Positions 18,872-29,473 of a stretch of DNA of 64,000 bases are shown here, in pieces. Position 1 is the stretch's first letter. Each line of letters begins with the position of its first letter. The translations under genes were made by a program, and so were the position numbers. A model generated the notes under the pieces. The model had not been told where the DNA came from. It was given only the letters and a program-made list of their open reading frames with translations, and ran no database searches. This DNA comes from Actinomycetes bacterium (GTDB taxonomy: Bacteria; Actinomycetota; Thermoleophilia; BMS3ABIN01), in the NCBI GenBank assembly GCA_021790115.1, contig JAJYIM010000003.1, positions 16,602 through 80,601 on the forward strand. The letters are read 5' to 3'.

Positions 18872-21583
18872 CTACGCACCGCCCGCTCCCTCGGAGACTG
18901 CATTTATCCCGGCAAAAATCCCTGGGCTAACGATGCCCTCCAGTCCCGGCAGGCAAACTGGCACTCCGGCGACGCCAGCCGGCAGGGCGTCAATCAATCT
19001 GACAGGCAGACGAATGAAGCCTGCCGGCGTCTGTAGCTCAACAAGGCCACCGGCTGTGATGTTTAGTCCAGCGGCGTCAGAGGGGCTTAGGGCTAGGTAT
19101 GGGGACGGGGCCAGCTGTCTGATCCCGGGGGAAAAGACACTGAGCTCTTCGGAGCCAAAGATATGATAAAGCGGCACCAGCAGCCACCGGCCGGCGCTAC
19201 GGGAAAACGGGCCGGGCGCCTGCTGAAAATAATGCGGCCGCCGGCGCGCCGGCTCGATCAGGCGCTTGCCCGGATCTCCTCCCCGCAGGGGGCCGCCAAC
19301 TTCTTCCTGGAACTTGTTAAGCGCCTGCGCCGAGTTCCAGCCCGGCTCCCAGTAGCGGGGAATCAGCGGCGGCGGCGGCTGCCCCTGAAAGCCTTCCATG
19401 GAGAATGCTAGCGGGCTGTCACGATCGGCAGGAGACTGGGGCTCGTTGACGCTCAAGTTTGCCGACATCGCCGTGCGGCCGCTGTAGCTTCGCGCCTGGC
19501 GGGCGACTTTCTGGCCGCCGATGCGGAAATCGGCGCCAGGGGCCGCCAGGCCGGCGCCTGTGAAAACAGGCAACTCTTTTTCAAGGTCGCCGATTACATC
19601 GTCAATTGTCTGCCAGGCCGCCTCGGCTGCCGGCGTTATGCCGGCCAACCAACGCCAGCTCTCCATCACATCTCCCAAAGGAGGCATCACCTTGAAATAA
19701 CGCTGCGCCCGGCCTTCGCTGTTTACAAGCGTGCCGTCGCTTTCAGCAAAAGTAGCAGCAGGCAGCACGACTGAGGCCCTCTCTGTGGTTGAGTTATCAA
19801 GGCTGTCAATCGCGATTACGTGGCGGGCTTTAAACAGCCTGTTCACAATGGATGGTTCAGCGCGGCGGTAAAGGTCGTTCTCCAGGATGACAACGGTGTC
19901 GGCCTCGCCACTTTCAACTGCCTCCACGGCGAGGCTGAGGGGGCCGCCCTCCATGAGGGCGGCCCCCATGCTGTTGGCCTCCGGCAACGTCAGGCAAAGG
20001 CCGGCCGGCCGGCCACTCTCAGCCAAAGCCCAGGCCACGTTGGCAGCAGCCTCCAGCACCGCTTCGCTTCCCAGTCCGGCGCCCGAGATAACCAGGGGGC
20101 GCTCCGCTTCCTCAAGGGCGTTTGCAATAGCGGCTGCCAGGGTGCGCTCCTCCGCACCCTGGCCGGCGGCTGCCGGAGCGTCCTGGTCAAGCAGGGAGGC
20201 AACCATAAATCCCAGGCGGGCAATTTCAGCGGGGGCTGCCCGCCAGGCGGCCGTCGCAATAGCGTCCAGCCTGGCGGCCGCCGGCGTAGCGATAAAAAGC
20301 GGTCCCCGCCGCTGCTGAACTGCCCCGCGGCTGGCCGTATCATCCCATGGTGGGATGGCGCCGGCCGCGTCTCTGAGCGGCCTTTGCCGCACAGACTGGC
20401 GCAGGGCCAGGTCCAGCATCGGCGCAAAATTCGTTACGTCCTCGCCCAGAACAAGCACGGCGTCGGACTTGTGTATGTCACCTGGGGGAACGGAGCGCGC
20501 TGGCCCTGTTTGCAGAATCCGGACCGCCAGGCGGGCCAGCCGCTGCCCGCCGTCGCTTACGCCGGACACAAACCTGTCCGGCCCCGCCAGACGGCGCAGG
20601 GCATAATTTGCTTCCAGGGAAGCCCGCGGCGATCCAATCCCAACGATGCCCCTGCATCCGGCAATGATTCCCCGCAGCCGCCTGAGCGCCGCCGCGGCCG
20701 AAACAGGCGCCGGGGCGCCCCCGGCCTTGCGCAGCAAGGGACGGCGCAGGCGCCTGGCGCTGTTTACAAATTCATAACCGAAACGGCCCCGGTCGCAAAG
20801 GAAATAGCCGTTCACCTGGCCATTGAAGCGGTTGCTAATCCGCCTCAGCGAGCCGTAGCGGCTGCCGGGAATGATGTTGCATCCAAGCGCGCAATGCATG
20901 CAGACCGATGGCGCCGTCTGCATGTCCCATTTGCGCGTGTAATGGCGCTTCAGGCTTTTGTCGGTAAAAACGCCCGTGGGGCAGACCTCCGCCAGGTTGC
21001 CGCTAAACTCGCTTTCCAGGACTCCACTCTCATGGCGGCCAAAATATACCTGGCTCCTTAGTGAAAAAGCGCCCAGATCGCTGCCGCCGGCGTAGTCGCG
21101 GTAAAAGCGGACACAGCGGTAGCACTGAATGCAGCGGTTCATCTCGTGGTTGACAAATGGACCCAGATCCTGATTGTGGAACGTCCTTTTCTTGCCACGG
21201 TAACGGCGGCGGCTGTGGCCGGTCATGACGGTCATGTCCTGCAGGTGGCATTCGCCGCCCTCGTCACAGACTGGGCAGTCATGGGGATGGTTCAGCATCA
21301 TTAACTCAATGACGCCGGCGCGGAAGGCGCGTGCCTCCGGGTCGTCAATTGAGATGCGGACGCCCTCACCGGCAGGAGTCATGCAGGCCATTACGATTCT
21401 GCCCCTCGTGTCATGCTCGTCCCGGAACTGCTTGACGGCGCACTGGCGGCAGGCGCCCACCGAATGCAGCGCCGGATGCCAGCAAAAATATGGCAGGTCA
21501 AAACCGAGCGAGAGGCACGCGGCGAGCAGGTTCTGGCCAGCCTCGATTTCATGTTGCTTGTTGTCAACAAAAATGCGCACCAT
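18872..21583 (-). CDS. nuoG: NADH-quinone oxidoreductase subunit G (long, E. coli-type)
   Basis: PYFCWHP, GACRQC, HPHDCPVCDEGGEC, CIQCYRC, CMHCALGC; 903 aa. Confidence 0.97.
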   Translation of the reverse strand: MVRIFVDNKQHEIEAGQNLLAACLSLGFDLPYFCWHPALHSVGACRQCAVKQFRDEHDTRGRIVMACMTPAGEGVRISIDDPEARAFRAGVIELMMLNHPHDCPVCDEGGECHLQDMTVMTGHSRRRYRGKKRTFHNQDLGPFVNHEMNRCIQCYRCVRFYRDYAGGSDLGAFSLRSQVYFGRHESGVLESEFSGNLAEVCPTGVFTDKSLKRHYTRKWDMQTAPSVCMHCALGCNIIPGSRYGSLRRISNRFNGQVNGYFLCDRGRFGYEFVNSARRLRRPLLRKAGGAPAPVSAAAALRRLRGIIAGCRGIVGIGSPRASLEANYALRRLAGPDRFVSGVSDGGQRLARLAVRILQTGPARSVPPGDIHKSDAVLVLGEDVTNFAPMLDLALRQSVRQRPLRDAAGAIPPWDDTASRGAVQQRRGPLFIATPAAARLDAIATAAWRAAPAEIARLGFMVASLLDQDAPAAAGQGAEERTLAAAIANALEEAERPLVISGAGLGSEAVLEAAANVAWALAESGRPAGLCLTLPEANSMGAALMEGGPLSLAVEAVESGEADTVVILENDLYRRAEPSIVNRLFKARHVIAIDSLDNSTTERASVVLPAATFAESDGTLVNSEGRAQRYFKVMPPLGDVMESWRWLAGITPAAEAAWQTIDDVIGDLEKELPVFTGAGLAAPGADFRIGGQKVARQARSYSGRTAMSANLSVNEPQSPADRDSPLAFSMEGFQGQPPPPLIPRYWEPGWNSAQALNKFQEEVGGPLRGGDPGKRLIEPARRRPHYFQQAPGPFSRSAGRWLLVPLYHIFGSEELSVFSPGIRQLAPSPYLALSPSDAAGLNITAGGLVELQTPAGFIRLPVRLIDALPAGVAGVPVCLPGLEGIVSPGIFAGINAVSEGAGGA

Positions 21584-21590
21584 TATTTGA

Positions 21591-22877
21591 TCACGCGTGT
21601 TTCCACGGGCACCTTTTCTGATGGACGTGGCGCTCGAAATCTTCCCGGAAGAAACGCAGGGCGCTGGCTAGGGGCTCGGCCGCCCCAGGAGCGAGAGCGC
21701 AATAAGTGTGGCCGGGAGCAAGCATGCCCGCCAGCGAAGCCAGCATGTCAATGTCTTCCATCCGGCCCCTGCCGGCTTCGATGTCACCCAGCAGCTGAAC
21801 GATAAACTGCAGGCCTCCCCAGCAAGGAGTGCACCAGCCGCATGATTCCCTGGCAAAGAAACGCTCAAGGTTAAGAACCATGCCAACGGGACAGGAACGG
21901 TCGTCCAGGACGATAATGGTGCCTGTGCCCAGCCGGCTGCCGGCGGCTTCCACAGAACCAAAATCCATCTTCACGTCAAGGTGCGCCGGGGTAAGAAAAT
22001 CCGTCGAAGCGCCGCCGGGCAAAAGGCCGCGCAGGCTGTAACCTTCCTGCATCCCGCCCGCGTGCTCCTCCAGAACTTCTTTTAAGGTCGTTCCCATCGG
22101 CAGTTCCCAGGCGCCCGGGGAGCGGACGCGGCCGCTGGCGCCGTATATTTTCGTGCCGCCCTCGGCGCTGCGGCTCAGCCCCTTAAACCAGCCGGCGCCA
22201 TTGTTGACGATATGCGGAATATTACAGATGGTCTCAACGTTGTTTACGACAGTGGGCTTGCCCCAGAGTCCGGATGTTTGCGGGTAAGGCGGCTTGGAGC
22301 GGGGGTTGGCCCGTTTGCCTTCTATGGCGTTAAGCAGCCCCGTCTCCTCGCCGCAAATATAGCGGCCGCCGCTGATATGAAGATAAAGATCGAGGCTGAA
22401 GCCGGAACCGATGATATTGCGCCCCAGGAGGCCGCGGCTATAGGCTTCGGCGACCGCCTGTTTAAGCTGCCTGGCGGCTAGCCGGTATTCCCAGCGCAGG
22501 AATACAAAGGCAACTTCCGCCTGAACGGCGTAGGCGGCCAGAATCGCACCCTCAACCAGCTGGTGCGGGTCGCCTTCCAACAGCAACCTGTCTTTAAAAG
22601 CGCCGGGCTCCATCTCATCAGCGTTGACAACCAGGTATTTTGGATGGGGCGCATCCTCTCCCATCGGGACGAAGCTCCATTTCTGACCGGCGTCAAAGCC
22701 GGCGCCGCCCCTGCCTTTAAGGCCGGCGTCCTTGACGGCCCCGGTGACCTCCGCCGGCGCCATGCCCTTAAGCGCCTTGCGCACGGCCCGGTAGCCGCCG
22801 TTTTTCTCGTAGGCGGCGATATCCGGCGGCCGGCGCCCAGGACGGATGTTCATTGTCAGAGGCGTTTCCATTTCCAT
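21591..22877 (-). CDS. nuoF: NADH-quinone oxidoreductase subunit F
   Basis: GRGGAGF, NADEMEPG, YICGEET, ESCGWCTPC. Confidence 0.98.
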   Translation of the reverse strand: MEMETPLTMNIRPGRRPPDIAAYEKNGGYRAVRKALKGMAPAEVTGAVKDAGLKGRGGAGFDAGQKWSFVPMGEDAPHPKYLVVNADEMEPGAFKDRLLLEGDPHQLVEGAILAAYAVQAEVAFVFLRWEYRLAARQLKQAVAEAYSRGLLGRNIIGSGFSLDLYLHISGGRYICGEETGLLNAIEGKRANPRSKPPYPQTSGLWGKPTVVNNVETICNIPHIVNNGAGWFKGLSRSAEGGTKIYGASGRVRSPGAWELPMGTTLKEVLEEHAGGMQEGYSLRGLLPGGASTDFLTPAHLDVKMDFGSVEAAGSRLGTGTIIVLDDRSCPVGMVLNLERFFARESCGWCTPCWGGLQFIVQLLGDIEAGRGRMEDIDMLASLAGMLAPGHTYCALAPGAAEPLASALRFFREDFERHVHQKRCPWKHA

Positions 22878-22878
22878 T

Positions 22879-22941
22879 GGTTCAAAGTTTCAGGTTTAGG
22901 TTTTGTCCAGCATCCATAATCCAGCATCCAGCATCCGTTTA
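22879..22941 (-). repeat. Heptamer tandem repeat fused to the nuoE stop
   Basis: Minus strand: TAA ac ggatgct ggatgct ggattat ggatgct ggacaaa acctaaa cctgaaa. Confidence 0.85.
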
Positions 22942-23403
22942 CTCGTACTTATCAAGGATCTCGCCGATTCTGTCCGGGTCGACGTTGGTGTGCAAATCTT
23001 CGTCGATCATCATTGCCGGCGCCCGGTCGCAGGCGCCCAGGCAGACAACCGGCAAAAGAGTGAAGCGGCCGTCTGCGGTTGTCCGGCCCGGGTCGACTCC
23101 GAGGCAGCCGGCAATGTGGCTCATCAACTTCTTCGAATCCATCAGCCAGCAGCTGACGCTGTCACAGGCGAGGATCACGTGCCTGCCCACAGGCCGTCTG
23201 AATATCAAGTTGTAGAAGCTGGCGGTTCCGTCCAGCTCGGCAATGGGCATCTCCAGCAGTTTGCTCAGCTCAGCGATGGCCTCGTCAGAAACCCATCCCT
23301 GGTGGCGCTGCACTATCCTGAGGGCGTCGATGGCGGCTGCCTGCCTGACCGGGTAAGGAGCCATTGCCGCTTCTATTTCCATTTTTACTTCTCTTTTTAA
23401 CAT
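22939..23403 (-). CDS. nuoE: NADH-quinone oxidoreductase subunit E
   Basis: CDSVSC and CLGACDRAP 2Fe-2S ligands. Confidence 0.97.
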   Translation of the reverse strand: MLKREVKMEIEAAMAPYPVRQAAAIDALRIVQRHQGWVSDEAIAELSKLLEMPIAELDGTASFYNLIFRRPVGRHVILACDSVSCWLMDSKKLMSHIAGCLGVDPGRTTADGRFTLLPVVCLGACDRAPAMMIDEDLHTNVDPDRIGEILDKYE

Positions 23404-23430
23404 TGTTAGTTTATCTTTGCTGCTTTTCGA

Positions 23431-25188
23431 TTAGCGGTCCACATCCGCCAGGACGTAATCGATGCTTCCCAGGATCGCCAGCAGGTCAGGGATCATGGCG
23501 CCGCCGCTGATAAAGGGGATCATCTGCAAGTGGGGGAAGGAGGGGGTGCGGATGCGCAGCCGGTAGGGTCCGCTGCCGCCATCGCTGATCAGATAGTAGC
23601 TGTTTATCCCTTTCGCCGCCTCAACGGCGGCGGTTGCTTCCCCGGGCGGAATAACAGGCCCCCAGCCGGCCTGAAGAAAATGGGTGATCAGGGTCTCGAT
23701 GTCAGCCAAGGTTCGCTGCTTTGGCGGCGGCGCCGCCAAGGGATGGCCAGCCTTGTATGGCCCTGGGGGCATGTTTTCCACGCACTGGCTGATGATCCTC
23801 AGGCTCTGGCTGATTTCCGCTACCCGCACTGCCGCCCGGTCATAGCAGTCGCCGGCGTCAGCGGTGGGAATGTCAAACTCGAACTGGTCATAACCGCTGT
23901 AGGGGCGCTGCTTGCGCAAATCCCATTCCAGCCCGCAGGCGCGCAGTCCGGGGCCGGTGACGCCCCACTCGACTGCTTCCTTAAGCGAGTAGGCGCCAAT
24001 GCCCTTGGTGCGGGCCTTGAAAATGCGGTTCTGCATTACGATGCGGTCATATTCCTGCAGCCGCCGGGGCAGATAAGCCAGAAAGTCACGCACTCCCGCG
24101 TCCCAGCCCCGGGGCAGGTCCTGGGCGACACCGCCGATGCGGAACCAGTTGGGGTGCATGCGGTCCCCGCAGATGGCGGCAATGATGTCAAAGAGGCGTT
24201 CGCGGTCGGTAAACATGTAAAACACCGGCGACATCGTCCCCACGTCCTGGGCAAAGGTGCCGTACCAGACCAGATGGCTGGCGATGCGGAACAGCTCCGA
24301 CAGCATCACCCTGATCACCTGCGCCCGCTCCGGGACCTCGATGCCGGCCAACTGCTCCACCGCCATCACGTACGGCAGGTTGTTCAGAACGCCGCCCAGA
24401 TAGTCAATGCGGTCAGTGTAAGGAATGTAAGTATGCCAAGTCTGCCGCTCGCCCATTTTTTCCGCGCCGCGGTGGTGATAGCCAATATCAGGAACAGCGT
24501 CAACGATCACTTCACCGTCCAGCTGCAGAACGATGCGCAACAGGCCATGCGTGCCAGGGTGCTGCGGGCCGACATTGAGGAAAAGAAAATCTGTATCACC
24601 GTGGCGCCGGCTGATGCCCCAGTCCTCAGGACGAAACTTGAGCGCCTGCTCCTCTTTCTCTTCCCTGGCTTCAGGCAGCCGGTACGGCTCCATTTCGGTG
24701 GCCCGGGCGGGATGCTCCTTCCGCAGCGGGTGGCCTTCCCAGGTGGGCGGCATCAGGATGCGGCGCAGGTGCGGATGCCCGTTAAAGACAATGCCAAACA
24801 TGTCCCAGGCTTCCCGCTCATACCAGTTGGCTGCGGGCCAGATATTGACAATGCTTTGGGCGGCGGGGCTTTCCCCCTTCAACGCAGTTTTGACGCAAAT
24901 ATCCTCAGCGCGGTCAAGGGAGAAAAGATGGTAGGCGAGCGTAAAATCACCCTCCGGCTGGTCACGGCGGTGGCTGCGCAGGCGCTCATCGATGGCGGTC
25001 AGGTTGTAAAGCATTGGGAAGGGGCTGCCGGCCTCGCTTTTTAGATACCGTAACAGCTGTGGCAATTTGTCAGCGGGCGCCCAGATAACGGGGGGGCCGC
25101 CCTGCACCTGCTGGCGGGTGAAACCCGGGCCGCCGAATTTCTGCTCGGCTGCCGCAAGTGCATCGGCGCTGCTTTCCTGGACTTTCAC
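23431..25188 (-). CDS. nuoCD: NADH-quinone oxidoreductase fused subunit C/D
   Basis: ANWYERE, GHPLRK (C part); [19 protein letters not shown]-terminal DVDR (D part). Confidence 0.97.
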   Translation of the reverse strand: MKVQESSADALAAAEQKFGGPGFTRQQVQGGPPVIWAPADKLPQLLRYLKSEAGSPFPMLYNLTAIDERLRSHRRDQPEGDFTLAYHLFSLDRAEDICVKTALKGESPAAQSIVNIWPAANWYEREAWDMFGIVFNGHPHLRRILMPPTWEGHPLRKEHPARATEMEPYRLPEAREEKEEQALKFRPEDWGISRRHGDTDFLFLNVGPQHPGTHGLLRIVLQLDGEVIVDAVPDIGYHHRGAEKMGERQTWHTYIPYTDRIDYLGGVLNNLPYVMAVEQLAGIEVPERAQVIRVMLSELFRIASHLVWYGTFAQDVGTMSPVFYMFTDRERLFDIIAAICGDRMHPNWFRIGGVAQDLPRGWDAGVRDFLAYLPRRLQEYDRIVMQNRIFKARTKGIGAYSLKEAVEWGVTGPGLRACGLEWDLRKQRPYSGYDQFEFDIPTADAGDCYDRAAVRVAEISQSLRIISQCVENMPPGPYKAGHPLAAPPPKQRTLADIETLITHFLQAGWGPVIPPGEATAAVEAAKGINSYYLISDGGSGPYRLRIRTPSFPHLQMIPFISGGAMIPDLLAILGSIDYVLADVDR

Positions 25189-25193
25189 CTTGC

Positions 25194-25829
25194 CTAGACC
25201 TCGCCGGGGGGCCTGAGCCTGTCGGTTTTTTGCCTCTCGGCACGCATGCGGTCGCGGCGGGCGGGAAATGGGGGGCGCACAGTATCCTGCCGGGCGGCAT
25301 GCCAGCTAAGCGGCCGCCGCTCCCGTCCGACAGCGCTGCTGAGCATCAGCAGCCCTTCCATGAAAGCATCGGGGCGGGGGGGACAACCGGGCACGTAAAC
25401 GTCGACGGGCAGAAACTTGTCAACTCCCTGGACAACGCTGTAAATGTCGTACATGCCGCCGGAGTTGGCGCACGAGCCCATTGAGATCACCCAGCGCGGC
25501 TCCATCATCTGCTCGTAGAGAAGCTTGATGATGGGCGCCATTTTCGCAAAGACGGTGCCGGCAATTACCATCAGGTCAGCCTCCCTGGGCGTTCCCCTGA
25601 TCACCTCGGCGCCAAAGCGGGCGATATCATACTTGCTGGTAATGCAGGTGGCCATCTCCACGTAGCAGCATGAAAGGCCGAAGTTAAAAGGCCAGATTGA
25701 GTTTTTGCGGCCCCAGGAGATCAGATCCTGAAGCCGGGAGAGCAAAAGCACGCGCCCAACCGTCTCTGCCGGCGAATCTGTCCAGGCCGCCATTTTGGCG
25801 CCTTCTCCGTCTCCGGCCGAAGCGATCAT
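25194..25829 (-). CDS. nuoB: NADH-quinone oxidoreductase subunit B
   Basis: [27 protein letters not shown]. Confidence 0.98.
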   Translation of the reverse strand: MIASAGDGEGAKMAAWTDSPAETVGRVLLLSRLQDLISWGRKNSIWPFNFGLSCCYVEMATCITSKYDIARFGAEVIRGTPREADLMVIAGTVFAKMAPIIKLLYEQMMEPRWVISMGSCANSGGMYDIYSVVQGVDKFLPVDVYVPGCPPRPDAFMEGLLMLSSAVGRERRPLSWHAARQDTVRPPFPARRDRMRAERQKTDRLRPPGEV

Positions 25830-26266
25830 GACCTGCCTTTTTCCGGTGGTCCGGCGTTACCGCCGCCCGGCCGGAGCCCAGCACCCGGCTTTGGCCGCCG
25901 CGGTCCCCAATCAAGGGCGCCCTGCCGCCACAGATACGCCAACGCCGCGCCGAGGATGCCGATAAAGACGACAATTTCAATATATCCCTGCCAGCCGGCG
26001 GCGCGGATGGCGACAGCCCAGGAAATAATAAACATGGCCTCCAGATCAAAGATGACAAAGAAAATCGCGTTCTGATAAAACTTGACATCAAAGCGCACCC
26101 GCGCAGTACCCGTTGATATAATCCCAGATTCGTATGGTTTGCCGGTCTCTGTTTCCCGGTGCCGTTGCCCGAGGATGTAGGAAAGCGCCAGCAGCCCCCC
26201 GGTGATGAACACGGTCGCGCCAAAATAAACAGCCAGCGGCCAAAGCGGAATCCGGGCTACGTCCAT
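25826..26266 (-). CDS. nuoA: NADH-quinone oxidoreductase subunit A
   Basis: PYESGI, FVIFDLE, GALDW. Confidence 0.96.
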   Translation of the reverse strand: MDVARIPLWPLAVYFGATVFITGGLLALSYILGQRHRETETGKPYESGIISTGTARVRFDVKFYQNAIFFVIFDLEAMFIISWAVAIRAAGWQGYIEIVVFIGILGAALAYLWRQGALDWGPRRPKPGAGLRPGGGNAGPPEKGRS

Positions 26267-27663
26267 TGCGTGTGAAAAACCCCCTCCGCATCCACGCGCT
26301 CGTACTTATGGGCGCCGAAATAATCGCGCTGCGCCTGGATCAGATTGGCAGGCAGCCGGGCGCTGCGGTAGCCGTCAAAATACGCCAGGCAGGCCATGAA
26401 GGCCGGCGACGGAATATGCAGGCGGGCGGCGGCGCTGGCAACATCGCTCAGGGCGTCAAGCCGTTTCCGCGCTTCGCCACCGATCTCCCTGTCCAGGAGA
26501 ATATTGGGCAGGTCCGGCCGCTGCCGGTAAGCCGCGCGGATAGTTTCCAGCAGGCTGGCCCTGATGATGCAGCCGCCGCGCCAGATGCGGGCGACCGCCT
26601 CCAGGTCGAGGCCGTAACCATATGAATCCGAAGCCCTTTTCAAATGGGCCATTCCCTGGGCGTAGGCGATAATGACGGCAGCATAAAAAGCATCCCTGAG
26701 CCGGGACAGAAACTGGTCCCGGCCGCCCTCCAGGCCATGGCCGGCGCCGCCCAGCGCGCCCGCGGCGGCCAGCCGCTCGCTTTTAAAAGCAGACAGGTTG
26801 CGCATGGCAACGGCGGCGTCCATGGCCGGCGCCGGCACGCCCAGGTTCATGGCGTCCTGGGATGTCCACATTCCCGTTCCCAACTGTTTTGCTTCGTCGC
26901 GAATCATGTTGACAAGAGGGTTGCCAGTGTCATCATCAACCCTGGCGAGGATGTCAACAGTTATCTCAAGCAGGAAAGAGGCAGCCTCGCCCTGGTTCCA
27001 GTTGCCAAAAGCAGCCTGCATCTGAGCAGCGCTCAGACCCAGGCCCTGCTTCATCAGGTCGTAGGATTCGGCAATTAACTGCATCACGGCGTATTCGATG
27101 CCGTTATGGACCATCTTGACGTAGTGGCCGGCCGACCGCGGCCCTAGGTAGGTGACGCAAGGATCGCCGCCCACCCGGGCGGCGGCCGCCTCGAGGACGG
27201 ACTGCACCTGCCCGTAGGCTTTCTTGCTGCCGCCCGGCATGATGCTGGGGCCATGCCGGGCGCCGCTCTCGCCGCCGGAGACGCCGGCGCCCATGAAGTG
27301 GATGCCACTGCCGGCCAGCATCTGCTCGCGGCGGTCGGTATCCTTGAAAAAAGAGTTGCCGCAGTCGATAATCAGGTCGCCAGGCTTTAGCAGCGGCAGC
27401 AGATCGCCAATGACGGCGTCCACCGGCGGCCCTGCCGGAACCAGCATCATCACCGCCCGGGGCTGGCGCAGCGCCGAAACAAGCTCCGCCGGGCTTTGAG
27501 CCGCCAGGACCGGCCGGCCGGCGGCCTCTTCCCGCATGGCTTGCAATTGGGACTGGTCCTTGTCGTAACCTGCGACGCTGAAGCCATGGTCGGCAATGTT
27601 GAGAACCAGGTTGCGTCCCATCACTCCCAGGCCGATCATGCCGATCTCGTATTGCCCGCTCAT
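26257..27663 (-). CDS. gnd: 6-phosphogluconate dehydrogenase, decarboxylating (long form)
   Basis: GLGVMG, VSGGE, KMVHNGIEY, WRGGCIIR, QAQRDYFGAH. Confidence 0.98.
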   Translation of the reverse strand: MSGQYEIGMIGLGVMGRNLVLNIADHGFSVAGYDKDQSQLQAMREEAAGRPVLAAQSPAELVSALRQPRAVMMLVPAGPPVDAVIGDLLPLLKPGDLIIDCGNSFFKDTDRREQMLAGSGIHFMGAGVSGGESGARHGPSIMPGGSKKAYGQVQSVLEAAAARVGGDPCVTYLGPRSAGHYVKMVHNGIEYAVMQLIAESYDLMKQGLGLSAAQMQAAFGNWNQGEAASFLLEITVDILARVDDDTGNPLVNMIRDEAKQLGTGMWTSQDAMNLGVPAPAMDAAVAMRNLSAFKSERLAAAGALGGAGHGLEGGRDQFLSRLRDAFYAAVIIAYAQGMAHLKRASDSYGYGLDLEAVARIWRGGCIIRASLLETIRAAYRQRPDLPNILLDREIGGEARKRLDALSDVASAAARLHIPSPAFMACLAYFDGYRSARLPANLIQAQRDYFGAHKYERVDAEGVFHTQWT

Positions 27664-27730
27664 GGTGACCTCCTAAGATTGCATTCGTCCCGGCTGCGCA
27701 ACGCAACAAAGGACGCAATTAATCCTTACT

Positions 27731-29473
27731 TCAAAAATCCAGCTTCACGTTTCGAACGATCTCTTCCACCCGCGCCAGCCCTTCTTTCGGGTCGCCGCCC
27801 AAATGCACCCGCATCACCTTTCTGCCATGGCGGCGCAGAGCCATGAAGTCGCCGAGCGCCTGCGCCTGCTTAAAGACGCTAAATCCGTAGGCCGCGCCGG
27901 GAATCAGGGCGTCCTCGGCGTCATCGCAGGTAAGCTGCAAAAACAGGCCGCCGGCCGGACCGCCTTTGTGAAACTGGCCCGTTGAGTGCAGGAACCTGGG
28001 GCCAAAACCCACAGTCACCGCCAGGTGCAGCCTGTCCCGGAGGGCGGCCTGCAGCCGGGCCAGAACGTGCGCAGTGGCCTTATCTTCAGCCAGATAAGCC
28101 ATCAAGGCCAGGTAGCCACCAGGCCGCCCTTCACTTAAAAAAGAACCGATAGCCTCGGCAACCGTGACAACCGGCGGCTTAAAGCTCTCGTAGTAGACGC
28201 CGAGCGGCGCCTCCACCAAAAGCGGGGTCTCCGGCGGCAGTTCTCCGGTTTTTGCCACCTGGTCCAGCAGGCGGTTGGTATTGTCCTTGCTTTCCTGAAC
28301 ATTGGGCTGATCAAACGGATTGACGCCCAAGACAATGCCGGCAACGGCGGTGGCTGCCTCCCAGCGGAAAAACTCCTGCCCCAGCTGATATGGCTCATCA
28401 ATCCTGATCGTCACAACCGGCTGGCCGGCGGCTTTTAGCTTGTCCACGGCCGCTTCCAGGGCGGGGTCACCGCCTGCCCAAAGATAAACAAACAGCCGGT
28501 CAGTGCCGTAAACACCGGGGGAGCCGACCGCCTCGCCGGCCACCGGCAGCAGGCCTCTGCCTTTTTTCCCAGTGCTTTCCGCCAGCAACTGCTCCAGCCA
28601 CATGCCCAAGGGAGCGATTGACTCTGCCGACAGAAACGTCACCTTATCCCGACCCTGAAGCGCCAGCTCGCCAAGAGCCGCCCCCAGCACCAGGCCGGGA
28701 TTTGCCTGGACCGGGACTTCCGCGGCGCAGGCGCGCTGCATGCCAAGCGCCTGCTTAAGCAACGCTTCCGTGTCCGCGCCCGCCAAGGCGGCTGGCACGA
28801 GGCCGAAGAACGACAGGGCCGAATAGCGCCCGCCAATGTCGGGAAAATTTAAGAAGACGTGGCGAAAATCCCTGCCGGCGGCCGATTGGGCCAGCGGGGA
28901 TCCAGGGTCGGTGATGGCGATAAAATTTTCTCCTGCCCGCCCGCCCTTTGCCTCTGAGACCCGCCGGAAAAAATATTCTGCAAAAGCCCGCGGCTCGGCC
29001 GTGGTGCCGGATTTGCTGGCAACGATAAAGATGGTCTCCGTCAGCGGGGCTTCCTTTTCTATCTTTAGAATAGTCGCCGAATCTGTCGTATCCAGCACCG
29101 TCAGCGGCAGCCCCTGGTTTTTCCCGGGAAGAATTTTGGCCATCACCAGCGGCGCCAGGCTGCTTCCTCCCATGCCCATGTGAACCACACGGCGAAAGCC
29201 GGCAGCCAGTACTTCCTGCCTCAGTTTTAAAAGCAAATCCTGGTTGGCCGCCATGGTTGCAGCGGCGTCAAGCCAGCCGAGGGAATCTCCAACCTGACTG
29301 TGCTCTTTGGCGTTCCCGCTCCACAGCGAGGCATCCTTGCGCCAAAGCCGCCCGCCAATATCTGCGTCTTTAAAGCCGTCCAGCCGGACCTCAACCGCCT
29401 GGCGGTACGAGCCCAGATCAAGCGTCTGCCGGCCGGCCACTTTCACAACCGCATCATTTTCTTTCTTTACCAT
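27731..29473 (-). CDS. pgi: Glucose-6-phosphate isomerase (resembles the PGI half of Tal-Pgi fusions)
   Basis: GMGGSSL, ASKSGTT, DIGGRYS, EQLLAESTGK, NPFDQPNVQESK, HSTGQFHKGG. Confidence 0.92.
   Translation of the reverse strand: MVKKENDAVVKVAGRQTLDLGSYRQAVEVRLDGFKDADIGGRLWRKDASLWSGNAKEHSQVGDSLGWLDAAATMAANQDLLLKLRQEVLAAGFRRVVHMGMGGSSLAPLVMAKILPGKNQGLPLTVLDTTDSATILKIEKEAPLTETIFIVASKSGTTAEPRAFAEYFFRRVSEAKGGRAGENFIAITDPGSPLAQSAAGRDFRHVFLNFPDIGGRYSALSFFGLVPAALAGADTEALLKQALGMQRACAAEVPVQANPGLVLGAALGELALQGRDKVTFLSAESIAPLGMWLEQLLAESTGKKGRGLLPVAGEAVGSPGVYGTDRLFVYLWAGGDPALEAAVDKLKAAGQPVVTIRIDEPYQLGQEFFRWEAATAVAGIVLGVNPFDQPNVQESKDNTNRLLDQVAKTGELPPETPLLVEAPLGVYYESFKPPVVTVAEAIGSFLSEGRPGGYLALMAYLAEDKATAHVLARLQAALRDRLHLAVTVGFGPRFLHSTGQFHKGGPAGGLFLQLTCDDAEDALIPGAAYGFSVFKQAQALGDFMALRRHGRKVMRVHLGGDPKEGLARVEEIVRNVKLDF

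Noticed and set aside
21591..22877. NADPH-oxidising complex I to match the PPP genes
   Set aside because: NuoF keeps YICGEET with the Glu that selects NADH; the cofactor change appears to lie in Zwf and Gnd
23530..25044. Long antisense ORFs (504 aa here; also 19820-21061, 41571-42350, 49853-50749)
   Set aside because: Shadows of well-supported opposite-strand genes in GC-rich DNA; no motifs
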